From Barthelona sp. PCE (lineage: Eukaryota), in contig JAUFOR010000008.1 of NCBI GenBank assembly GCA_040285745.1, positions 434,001-498,000 on the forward strand: DNA of 64,000 nucleotides, given 5' to 3'. The translations under genes were made by a program, and so were the position numbers. A model generated the notes under the pieces. The model saw only the letters and a program-made list of their open reading frames with translations, had not been told where the DNA came from and searched no databases. Positions within the stretch are counted from its first letter, which is position 1, and every line of letters begins with the position of its first letter. Positions 30,850-40,313 of the stretch are shown here, one piece after another.

Positions 30850-31437
30850 TTAACAGGCACATGTACTTTCATCTACTTTAATATCACTACTAGCCATCAA
30901 ATCTACATTCTCTTCATCATTAAAAGAATTTATCCTGGATAGAACTTTTGTTGCCACTGTCTGAAAGACTTCATCAACTCCTTGACCAGTTTTTGCACTG
31001 GTAAATGTATATGTGAGGTTGTATTCCTTAACAAACGCTTCTATCTCTTCCTGTGTAACTTGCCAATCATCACAATCAATCTTGTTTGCAGCAATTTCTA
31101 GTACAAAATCGCTCTCACAGTGTTTTTCTAATAACTGCATCCAACTTCTTAAATTCACGAAAGATTCACGATATGTGACATCAAACATGAGAATTACACC
31201 CTGTGCTGTGCGGAAAAGACTGCTAGTGATGCCTTTAAATCTTTCTTGACCTGCGGTATCAAATATTTGCAGCTTGACAACCTCTTGGTTGGGAAGAAGT
31301 ACCTCCTTCACTCGAAAATCAATACCAATTGTGCTTACATAGCTTTCTTGAAATAGAGATTCGCAAAATCTTAACAATAAACTGGTTTTTCCCACACTGC
31401 TTGATCCCACAAGCAACAGCTGTAACGTTTCACTCAT
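30850..31437 (-). CDS. Rab GTPase (Rab1/Rab8-like)
   Basis: GSSSVGKT, STIGIDF, DTAGQERF, NKID, TSAK, C-terminal CAC prenylation motif. Confidence 0.93.
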   Translation of the reverse strand: MSETLQLLLVGSSSVGKTSLLLRFCESLFQESYVSTIGIDFRVKEVLLPNQEVVKLQIFDTAGQERFKGITSSLFRTAQGVILMFDVTYRESFVNLRSWMQLLEKHCESDFVLEIAANKIDCDDWQVTQEEIEAFVKEYNLTYTFTSAKTGQGVDEVFQTVATKVLSRINSFNDEENVDLMASSDIKVDESTCAC

Positions 31438-31553
31438 CTAAACAAAAACCCAACGCTAAAAAGGAAGAAAAATCAAGTACAACCAAACAATTACAAAATC
31501 TCAGAGTACTATATTTACTTACTAACACACATTTAAAGAATGACGATGACAAA

Positions 31554-32387
31554 TTACTGCACATTCATCTTGGATAATAGCTTCTCTGCCAACAATCTAT
31601 AAGATCCTTTTGTTTTCAAATCTGAATTAACAGCACTTAACACCGAATCAACATTAATATCACTGGTTTCGGGTTCTCGGATCTCAACTGCTTCAATTTC
31701 CTTTAAAAAAGCAGGTATATGTGGTCGTTCACGTCCTGTATTTGTGTTTTGGAATTTTGGTACATAGGTTTCAGTTGCAGCTAATGGTCTTCTCGGTTTT
31801 TCAATATTATTGGTTCGACTAGATAACATGTCGTCTACCTTTCTGTCGTTTTCTAATTGAATTCTATGAGAATCAGCTCTCATAAGAATTTCTTCAAATT
31901 TCTGACTTCCGACATCCCTCGAAACTTTTTCTACGTCTTTCTCCTTATATTCAGCCAACTGTTCCTCTAGATCACGGATCTTGGACAGCATTTTGCCCTT
32001 CTGAAGAGATAATTGCTCTTCATATTTGTTAATTTGTGTCACATAACTTTCAACTTTCGACTTATAATTAGTTGTAGTGAGTTTATGGTGCTCCTCGTAT
32101 GTCTGAACACTCTCCTGGTACTGGATAAGCTGCTTTCTCTGTGCAGAAACAATATCAAGCAGCCTATTTGTTTCTTTTTCTCGATTAATCGAAATATCTT
32201 GAATGTACTGGACTAACTCTTCATTCTTTTCGCGTAAGAATTCGTTTTCCTTCTGAAGCGCATCCGTCTCGACTTGTTTCTCCTTTAGAACGGATGTGTG
32301 AACAGAATTTTCAGTCTTTGGTCTCAATTCTATATGTTGATGTAACAACAACTTGAGTAACGCCCTCCGATGCTCAACTTCGCCCAT
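31554..32387 (-). CDS. hypothetical coiled-coil protein
   Basis: E/K/Q-rich heptads. Start at 32387 is inferred to avoid overlap with the helicase gene. Confidence 0.7.
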   Translation of the reverse strand: MGEVEHRRALLKLLLHQHIELRPKTENSVHTSVLKEKQVETDALQKENEFLREKNEELVQYIQDISINREKETNRLLDIVSAQRKQLIQYQESVQTYEEHHKLTTTNYKSKVESYVTQINKYEEQLSLQKGKMLSKIRDLEEQLAEYKEKDVEKVSRDVGSQKFEEILMRADSHRIQLENDRKVDDMLSSRTNNIEKPRRPLAATETYVPKFQNTNTGRERPHIPAFLKEIEAVEIREPETSDINVDSVLSAVNSDLKTKGSYRLLAEKLLSKMNVQ

Positions 32388-32484
32388 TGCACAGGAAAAT
32401 TTATGAAAATAATGATAAAGGAAAAGTTTCGGATTACAACTCATCTTTCTATTTTTCAACCTTTTCACACATTTAAGAAGAACA

Positions 32485-33852
32485 ATGGCGAAGGAAGAGC
32501 CTAAAGAGAAGATTACTTTTTCCAAATTACCACTGTGTCCAGAGATGCTGGAAGCATGTGAGGAAAGAGGTTGGGAATTACCTACTCCTATTCAAGCAGC
32601 GGCTATAGAGCCCATCATCGAGGGCAGAGATGTTATTGGATTGGCTGAAACGGGTTCAGGTAAAACAGCAGCTTTTGCTTTACCGATTATTCACAAACTT
32701 TTGGACGTTCAGCAACCGTTTTTTGCATTGGTGTTGGCTCCCACAAGAGAATTAGCCTTTCAAATTTGTGATGTATTTAATGATTTGGGAGAAAATATTG
32801 GTATTCGTACAACATGCATTGTAGGTGATATGGATATGATGAATCAGATCAAGTCCCTGAGTTTACGACCTCATATCATTGTTGGAACCCCAGGACGTCT
32901 TGTAGATCACCTTGATTCAAAAACAGGGCTTACTCTTGATTCAGTACGCTTTGTTGTCTTGGATGAAGCTGACAGACTCCTCAACGCAGAGTTCAAGGTA
33001 CACATTGATAAGTTAATTAATGCCTGCTCAAACAGGGATCAAACATTGCTGTTTAGTGCTACAATGACTCCTCAGGTTGAGCGTTTGGCCGAAGCACAAC
33101 TCTTTAACGCACATAAGATCGATATCAACAAGGCAGCTGTTGTCAGCAATCTGCTTCAAACGTACGTACTTGTTGAAGCAACCAGAAAAATGTTGTATTT
33201 GGATCATTTACTCTCTCAGTTTGCAGGTCGTACAATCATTATTTTTGTTGATACTAGAGATGCGTGCAACATCACACAGCGGGTACTGGATGCCCTTGAT
33301 TTCCGCGCAGTGACAATTAACGGAAGTATGAGACAAAATGAACGATTGGCTGCTCTAGATAAGTTTAGAAATGGTGAGAAAAATATTCTTGTTGCGACTG
33401 ATGTCGCTGCACGTGGTCTTGATGAAGATGTTGATATTGTCATGAACTATGACCTCCCACAATCGGTTGATACTTATACTCATCGTGTTGGTCGAACTGC
33501 AAGAGCTGGTCGTGGTGGTTTGGCAATCAACTTTATCACACAGTACGATATTGAATACTTCCAAGCCCTAGAGAAGAAGGTGTTGGATCGCCAAATCAAG
33601 GAACAGAGAGAAGTGGATGAAAGAAGGAGAGAAAATGGAGAACCTGAGATGGAAGATAAACCAGTAATTAAAAAAATGGAAGCACTCCCCTTAAACGCAT
33701 CAAATATTGAAAGTAACAGAACCAGAAAGGAAGAAATTGACTCCATTGTTAGATTGGTAAGAGATTCTGTTAAAAGAAAGAAAGATGATCAGAAGAAGAA
33801 AAAGAAACAAAGATATCAGCAAAAAAATAACAGACGTCGTGGTCGACAATAA
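32485..33852 (+). CDS. RRP3: DEAD-box RNA helicase Rrp3/DDX47
   Basis: PTPIQ, GLAETGSGKTAAFALP, PTRELAFQI, TPGRLVDHL, DEADRLL, SAT, HRVGRTARAGR. Confidence 0.9.
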   Translation: MAKEEPKEKITFSKLPLCPEMLEACEERGWELPTPIQAAAIEPIIEGRDVIGLAETGSGKTAAFALPIIHKLLDVQQPFFALVLAPTRELAFQICDVFNDLGENIGIRTTCIVGDMDMMNQIKSLSLRPHIIVGTPGRLVDHLDSKTGLTLDSVRFVVLDEADRLLNAEFKVHIDKLINACSNRDQTLLFSATMTPQVERLAEAQLFNAHKIDINKAAVVSNLLQTYVLVEATRKMLYLDHLLSQFAGRTIIIFVDTRDACNITQRVLDALDFRAVTINGSMRQNERLAALDKFRNGEKNILVATDVAARGLDEDVDIVMNYDLPQSVDTYTHRVGRTARAGRGGLAINFITQYDIEYFQALEKKVLDRQIKEQREVDERRRENGEPEMEDKPVIKKMEALPLNASNIESNRTRKEEIDSIVRLVRDSVKRKKDDQKKKKKQRYQQKNNRRRGRQ

Positions 33853-33863
33853 AATATTTCGGT

Positions 33864-36800
33864 TTATTTCTTAAAGTTATTTTTCTTCAACAATGAACTC
33901 CCACTGTTACCTATATTAAATCCACGTTTCTTTGTTCCGCTCTCTTCCTCTTCTCCACTTGCTTTCGATTTTCCAAATCCAAATTTAGGCTTTTTGGAAG
34001 AAGTTGTAGGGCTAGTAGATGACCCACCAAATGAACGCTTCATAAAACCGCTCTTCTTCTTCGTTGTTGAGCTGGATGTAACTTTTTTAACTAACTTCTT
34101 CGGGGTGTCCTTCTTGTTTCCAAAACCAACACGGCTTCTTGCCTCCATATTACCCTTAGTAGATGATCCAAAACTGCTCTTCTTTGATGCAAATTTAAAC
34201 TTCTTAGGCTTCTCTTCTTCTTTTTCTTCCTCTTCTTCTTCTATCTCTTCCTCTTTTGACTCATAATCATCAATATCGACATTATGATCGACACGAGGAG
34301 GTGCATCCTCAGTGATTGTCGGCGTATCTGTTGGCGTCGGTATCGTTAAGCTATCTAAATCGATTGATGATTCCGATTCTTCTTCTTCGTCCTTTAGTTT
34401 CTTAGAAACACTTCCAAATGTGGGGATCTTTGGTGCAGAAGGTTTGATCTTTTCGGATTCCTTCTTCTTGAGGCCAAACTTCTTGTTTCCTAATGTATTG
34501 GATCCTAACTTCTTAGCAGTCCCAAGTTTCTTGAGCGCTAACCCCTTCTTCACCTTGGGCTCAGGTGTAGGTTCTTCAGCCTTTTCCTCGACATCCTTAA
34601 CAGGTTCAGAAGCAACAGGTTCGGGTGTAGGTTCAGCAGGCTCGGGTTGTTCTTCAAGCGTCTTTTTCAAACCCAGTTTCAAACCTGGCTTTTTCAATCC
34701 CAACTTCTTGGGTTCCAACTTCTTATCACTATCTAAAGATTTCTTAAGCTGTGGCTTCTTCAACTCCAACTTCTTCTTAACAAGCGGTGTTTTGATAGGT
34801 TTCTTCAGCTCCATTTTCTTTGGCTCTGATTCTTTCTCAGTAGAAATGTCATCAAGTGTTAACTTTGCATCCTCCCCGGTCACAGGCGTCTCCACTACCT
34901 TATCACTCAAAGTAGTTGTTGGTTTCCCGAGATTGGTAAGGGTTTTCTTAGGTTTTTTGACAGGAAGCTCAGGAATATCAGTAATATCTTTCGCAGTAAT
35001 CTTAGGATACCTCCTATACGCCTTCTCAGCATCAAATACCTTAATGATACCAAGTGTTGATGTACGATCTTCGCACTCTGATAAATACTTATGACGAGCA
35101 GCCAAAAACTTGTCAACGAGACTATCCTTTTTGTCGACAATCTCCTTCCTAGTTTCTTTCTTAGATTCTTTAGGAACTGATCTTTTAAGAGGAGAATCTA
35201 TATCAACCTTTCTTAAAAATTGAGTATTATTGAAACCAAACTTGCGTTTCTTACCCTTAGCTTTCTTACCAAATTTTGAGCTGGGTATAACAGGTTTCAA
35301 ATCTTGAATTTTTTCCAATAATTCATCACCATCTGTCTTCTTGTTTTTGAACACATTAATACGTTCCTTCATCGAAAGAAGAACAGTACGTAGATGAACC
35401 ATGTCACCACGTAGACGGTCAACATCAATTGGTGTTGCACCTTCAAACAAATTTAATTGGCGATCAAGACGCTTGAGCTTCAGGCGATTACGAAGAAGCG
35501 CCTTGCCACTCGTGCTCAACTCATCATAGGCTGGGTAAGAATCCTTCGAATGCTGACATAGTTTGAGAGAGCGGGTTTGAGAAGCAGCAATCGAATATGT
35601 AGCAAGACTGTTCATTGCTTCTTGTAATTCAAATAGCTCGGGTTCAACTTCATCAACAATAAGTGGTACGTGTTGACGACCACGAATAGCCTTAAGTTTG
35701 TCGTCCAAATACTGGCTTCGTGAGAGCTTATATCTGTTAAAATCGGCCTTTGACTGTACCACACGGGATGTTGTCATCATCGTCTTGGTATGATCAACAG
35801 ATGCTTCATCCTTTTTCTTTTCAAATAATTCCATAAACGACCACTGAGGAACCTCTTCAAGATACGATAGTGAAGGCATCTGAGGGTAATCATCATAACC
35901 AAGCTCATCAAGAGAGGTTGGTTCAACAGTATGACAAGAAAGTTCGCCATCAAGTGTTCTAATCTCAACAATAGGACGATTCTCAACGGTCTCTTTAATA
36001 TCATTATTGAAACTCTTCAAAGTCTTCAATTGTTCCTTGACTTCTTCCAACTCGATAACCTTTGTATCAAACTTTGATTTCAATTGAGTTACATGTGTAA
36101 CGTGAGTATCCAATGCAGTGCTTAACTCAGCTACTCTCTTATCACTAGCATCAAGACGTTCAATAAGCATATTAATGGTAACGTCCTTTTGATGGAGTGC
36201 TGTTTCAGTGATTTGCTCGAATTTCTGCAATCTTTCGCTTTGTGACTTGAACATCTCCATGGTATTCTCATCAGGTTCACTTCGAACATCAAAAATTTTT
36301 GTAACTTCCTTATTAGGCTTTCCAAACTTAGTGTCTGTCTGTTTTAAGGGAGTTTGTTTAACTTTACCAAACGGAGTTGTTTTCTTATTCACGTTCAAAT
36401 TTGCCAAGTTACCAAATGCTCTAGAAACACTATCTTTCGGTGTATTGTGAATTGCTGCTGGGGCTGGGGCTGTACCGTGTTTGGGTTCATTAACATTTTT
36501 AACAATTTCCTTCTTAATAATTTCCTTCTTGATTGGTTCATCAATGATTGCATCTTTTGAGACATAGTCCTCTACGTCACTTGGATCGATCCATTCGTCC
36601 ACGTGCCTACGCTTACGATCATTGGGTGTGCTGTTAAAAGTACTATGAATGATTGGTTCAGGTTCGGGAACAGTTTCTTCTTCGGGCTCAGAAAAAAAAT
36701 CATCAATATCGGACTCACACATCATGTCCATGGTGTTCTTCTTATTCTCAACGCTCTCAACGCTGTTGATAACAGTTTCATCAACCTCCTGATCAACATC

Positions 36801-38015
36801 AATGTCGAGCTCTTCATTAACAGGACTCATAACATCAACGTCGTTAAGAGGAATAATATCTTCTTTAACAGCTGAAAAGCGACGGGCACCAGATACAGCA
36901 CGCTCACGCTCAAGCTCTTCAATTTCAAGTGTTGCAACAGAGAGATCTGAGACAACAATATTGTTATTGGAAACAACAAGTGTAATATTACCAGCGTTAG
37001 TGGTTATTGCCAACAAAGAATAATTATTAGTATCCAAAGCAGGATGTACCTCATTCAACAACTGTGCACTAAGTACAGAAAACAATAAAGTGTGAGGTTG
37101 AGGTGTGTAATAATGATCCAAAAAGATTTCACAACCGTCATCCCATGTAAAATTTGTAGAACAATCAAAATACCACATACTGTTTGTATATAGCAAATAC
37201 AGCCTTGTACCAACCACTTTAATTCCCAGAAAATCTGAAATTTCTGAATCTTCATCAGTACCAAAAATTTCAAGCTCTCCTGCAACAAGTCTACTAAAAA
37301 GGAGCTTACCATCCATCTCACTGCAAATGTAGAGGTCATCGCTACCACTAACAGTATCAGTACATGAATCAACAGCAATAATTTTGCCTACATGACTGGG
37401 CTCAAAAAAGTCACAGGTTGAAGCTAATTTGTTCTTTTTTAGACTTAATTGACCGGTGACACTGCAGAAGTATATAGATTTTTCGGTGAATACACAAATC
37501 ATTTCATTAAATAAACACATACCAAGCAAACGGTTCTTCTTTAAGTTGATAATGTTATGAACAACTGTACTATCATCTGCATCATCCAAGATAATACCAA
37601 CAAGGACATCGGATATTGAAGTAGAAGCACCCATGATGAGCATATCATGTTCCTGAACCTTTGCAAAGAAAAAGTGTTTAATATTAAAGTCTGTGCTCTC
37701 TGTGAACTCATAAACCTTGGTGAATTCCGAAACACATGGACGGGTGTCGGGTGTATCATACTCCATATCATCCTTCCGATCGTTAACAACAGCTTCAAAG
37801 TGCTCAACAGTCGTTCTCAATACAACACGGTCATATGCAACAAACATGTGGGTTTCGTTTGAGCAAAGAGCGACCGCAGTGCGCTCAGACGGTCTATCAA
37901 AACTCTCAAACTTATTTGCACTGCTTGCAACAAGCTCATCGCCAACAGACTGTCTGGAGCCCCCAGGTATGACGTTCAAGGACCTCAAGATAAAATCAGA
38001 TGAAGTCTCAGCCAT
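33864..38015 (-). CDS. large protein: N-terminal propeller-like domain, coiled coils, Lys-rich FG-containing tail (candidate divergent Nup214/Nup159)
   Basis: Beta-rich first ~370 aa, central coiled coils, and about ten FG dipeptides in the low-complexity C-terminal part. The nucleoporin call is architectural inference. Confidence 0.6.
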   Translation of the reverse strand: MAETSSDFILRSLNVIPGGSRQSVGDELVASSANKFESFDRPSERTAVALCSNETHMFVAYDRVVLRTTVEHFEAVVNDRKDDMEYDTPDTRPCVSEFTKVYEFTESTDFNIKHFFFAKVQEHDMLIMGASTSISDVLVGIILDDADDSTVVHNIINLKKNRLLGMCLFNEMICVFTEKSIYFCSVTGQLSLKKNKLASTCDFFEPSHVGKIIAVDSCTDTVSGSDDLYICSEMDGKLLFSRLVAGELEIFGTDEDSEISDFLGIKVVGTRLYLLYTNSMWYFDCSTNFTWDDGCEIFLDHYYTPQPHTLLFSVLSAQLLNEVHPALDTNNYSLLAITTNAGNITLVVSNNNIVVSDLSVATLEIEELERERAVSGARRFSAVKEDIIPLNDVDVMSPVNEELDIDVDQEVDETVINSVESVENKKNTMDMMCESDIDDFFSEPEEETVPEPEPIIHSTFNSTPNDRKRRHVDEWIDPSDVEDYVSKDAIIDEPIKKEIIKKEIVKNVNEPKHGTAPAPAAIHNTPKDSVSRAFGNLANLNVNKKTTPFGKVKQTPLKQTDTKFGKPNKEVTKIFDVRSEPDENTMEMFKSQSERLQKFEQITETALHQKDVTINMLIERLDASDKRVAELSTALDTHVTHVTQLKSKFDTKVIELEEVKEQLKTLKSFNNDIKETVENRPIVEIRTLDGELSCHTVEPTSLDELGYDDYPQMPSLSYLEEVPQWSFMELFEKKKDEASVDHTKTMMTTSRVVQSKADFNRYKLSRSQYLDDKLKAIRGRQHVPLIVDEVEPELFELQEAMNSLATYSIAASQTRSLKLCQHSKDSYPAYDELSTSGKALLRNRLKLKRLDRQLNLFEGATPIDVDRLRGDMVHLRTVLLSMKERINVFKNKKTDGDELLEKIQDLKPVIPSSKFGKKAKGKKRKFGFNNTQFLRKVDIDSPLKRSVPKESKKETRKEIVDKKDSLVDKFLAARHKYLSECEDRTSTLGIIKVFDAEKAYRRYPKITAKDITDIPELPVKKPKKTLTNLGKPTTTLSDKVVETPVTGEDAKLTLDDISTEKESEPKKMELKKPIKTPLVKKKLELKKPQLKKSLDSDKKLEPKKLGLKKPGLKLGLKKTLEEQPEPAEPTPEPVASEPVKDVEEKAEEPTPEPKVKKGLALKKLGTAKKLGSNTLGNKKFGLKKKESEKIKPSAPKIPTFGSVSKKLKDEEEESESSIDLDSLTIPTPTDTPTITEDAPPRVDHNVDIDDYESKEEEIEEEEEEKEEEKPKKFKFASKKSSFGSSTKGNMEARSRVGFGNKKDTPKKLVKKVTSSSTTKKKSGFMKRSFGGSSTSPTTSSKKPKFGFGKSKASGEEEESGTKKRGFNIGNSGSSLLKKNNFKK

Positions 38016-38086
38016 TCTTGAATAGAAAGAGTAAAAAAATCAATTTACATATTCAATAAAGAAATTTACATGGATACATGAACATC

Positions 38087-39072
38087 TTACAAATCATCAA
38101 GCAGATTGTTAACATCCTGCGTTGATAAATGATCATTTGTTACAGTTGCTATAATGTCAGATTTTTTCTCCTCTTCAACAGGTTTCTCTTCAGCTTTTGG
38201 CTCAACAACGGGTTCAGCAGGCTTTTCCTCTTCCTTAGGCTGAACAGGTGCAACTACCTCTTCTTTCTTCTCTTCAACCACTGGTTCAGGTTCAGCTACC
38301 GGCTCTGGTTGTGTGGTTGTGGTTGTGGGGGGTACATCAGCTTCCTGTTCAACAGAATTCTCTTCCTCATCTGTAAATTCATCAGCAGATCCTTGTTGAT
38401 TCTCAAACTCCTCTTCATCATCAACATTGTTCTGCTTCTTGCGGGGGTTCCTGAGGGTCTTTGACTTCTTCTTCTTCTTAGGTTTAGGTTTACGACCTTC
38501 AAGTGTGGCAAGAGCATCTTCATCAACACCATACTCACAAATGTTTTTGAGATACTGTGCATGTTGTTTAGAGTGTTTATCCCATTCAATGTGGTTGTAG
38601 TGGGCTCCGCCACTAATAAGACGCTTTAAAATTCCAGCATTCTCCTTATCAATATCTTGAAGCTCTCTTCTACGTGTTGAGGCGTTCAGCGTACCAGGGT
38701 GGTTTGTGAAATTCAGGCGGTTGTCTAAAGCAGACTTAGATGCCTTGATCGAAGCAATTTTCTTAAGCAAAGTCCAGTTATCTCGTTCAATTGTGGCAAA
38801 TCGTTCTAAATGTAAGTCACATCAATATATATTTGAATTACGACCGATCAAGATGTTCAGTTTTCAAAAAAACTGAACAAATTCAGCCAATATTTTATAC
38901 CTTCCTCTATTTGTCGACGTTTGAGATTCTTTTTAACGTGGCGATACAACTTCGGTGGTTTGTTGTCAATTGAAGATTTAACACTTGCCAGACGACGTTT
39001 GTGAAGCTTTTGGTTGCGTTTCGTCCATTTTTTTGCTAAACTCTTGTTTGAAGTTGGTATCTGGCGATTCAT
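38087..39072 (-). CDS. CFAP97/KIAA1430-domain protein, two exons (39072-38901, 38805-38087), 296 aa
   Basis: HKRRLASVKSSIDNKPP, spliced EE-ERFATIERDNWTLLKKI, LNASTRRRELQDIDKENAGILKRL. Splicing restores the frame. Confidence 0.85.
38806..38900 (-). other. spliceosomal intron, 95 nt, with internal stem-loop
   Basis: GTATAA...ACTTACATTTAG. Removal joins two ORFs into one CFAP97-like frame. Confidence 0.85.
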
Positions 39073-39295
39073 CTGATAAAGGCAGGTCTAACTGTTAAAA
39101 AATGCTATTGGAAAAGCTTGTAAAGGTAGAAATTGCGTAAACATGTCATACTCCTAGTTTTTGGATGTGTTGACTGCACATTTATCCGTCACATACGTGT
39201 ATTGTCATAGCACAACATACCATATCCATAGTATCGTGTGTAATAGTTTTTTTTCTCTTTCGCATCATTCTAGCAGACACATCAGTTGTTGTGTC

Positions 39296-40222
39296 ATGGA
39301 CCTTCCAGAAATTAGCACTAGAGATGCCCACAACAGGCTATTTTTAACAAAAACGAAAAGAGCTGTCGACCTACCACAGATTGAAGCTCCTTCAATTCCT
39401 TCAATAGATATGACACGCCCCACAACGAAAAGGACCTTTGATATGTCCAAGTCACTTCCTCGTAAAGGCCTGGAAGCACAAACAGATGCACCTGACAAAT
39501 TTTACAATTTTAAGCGAAAGAAACACATTCCTTCTCTTGACCTGTCCAAATCTTTGCCTAGGCAGAAGTTTGACCTTTCATTAAATCTCTTAGATAGAGT
39601 CTATGATGTTAAATATGATCATATCAAATCAAAAACAAAAAGTTACAGTTTTCCAAAGACTAGTCGTCCAGATTTTGCTGCAACATCAAGTGTTGAATAT
39701 GATCTGGAGCCCATAGACCTGGATTTAATACGACCAAGAACATCAAGACCTAGTGTACGTTTCAGTCAAATGATTGGAAGAAAACCTGTAACTTTTCACA
39801 GACCCAGATCTCAATTAAATCCTAGGAAGCCTCAAAAAAACATGCGTGTTCCCCATTTAGGATTTAGTGGTGCAACAAAACAAGAAGAAAATGTTCAATC
39901 CTTAGTTAGTTTTGTTGATAATGAATTAAATAGATCGAGGAATTTCAGAAGAAAGTTAGATAAAAATGAAAATGATTATTCTTTTATGAGACAAGCTAAT
40001 ATTAGAAAAACAAAAGAAAAATCTCAACTAAGAAGTACAAGAAAAGTGAAGAAGAATCAGAAAAAAGATATTCCCACTAATACTTCAAAGGATACTAGTG
40101 GAAAAAAGCGTAAACTTAAGATTGAAAAAATTCATGAAGATGCCAGGAAGGAAATTGAAGAGATTCAAAGTAGCATTCAAAGCAGATTGGCATATTTAAG
40201 ACATTCAAAGAATCACTTGTAG
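39296..40222 (+). CDS. hypothetical basic protein with short internal repeats
   Basis: Repeats FDMSKSLPRK / LDLSKSLPRQ / YSFPKTSR / RFSQMIGRK. ATG at 39296. Confidence 0.7.
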   Translation: MDLPEISTRDAHNRLFLTKTKRAVDLPQIEAPSIPSIDMTRPTTKRTFDMSKSLPRKGLEAQTDAPDKFYNFKRKKHIPSLDLSKSLPRQKFDLSLNLLDRVYDVKYDHIKSKTKSYSFPKTSRPDFAATSSVEYDLEPIDLDLIRPRTSRPSVRFSQMIGRKPVTFHRPRSQLNPRKPQKNMRVPHLGFSGATKQEENVQSLVSFVDNELNRSRNFRRKLDKNENDYSFMRQANIRKTKEKSQLRSTRKVKKNQKKDIPTNTSKDTSGKKRKLKIEKIHEDARKEIEEIQSSIQSRLAYLRHSKNHL

Positions 40223-40313
40223 TATAAATATCGTGGGATTTCGGTTATATATCTCACAGTATTAATAATTGTAAAAGAGAATCAATTTTATTCACACTTT
40301 ACTTACGAGAATA

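Noticed and set aside
34312-35094. 260-aa plus-strand ORF and similar short antisense ORFs
   Set aside because: Shadow frames of Lys/Glu-rich low-complexity coding sequence on the opposite strand.
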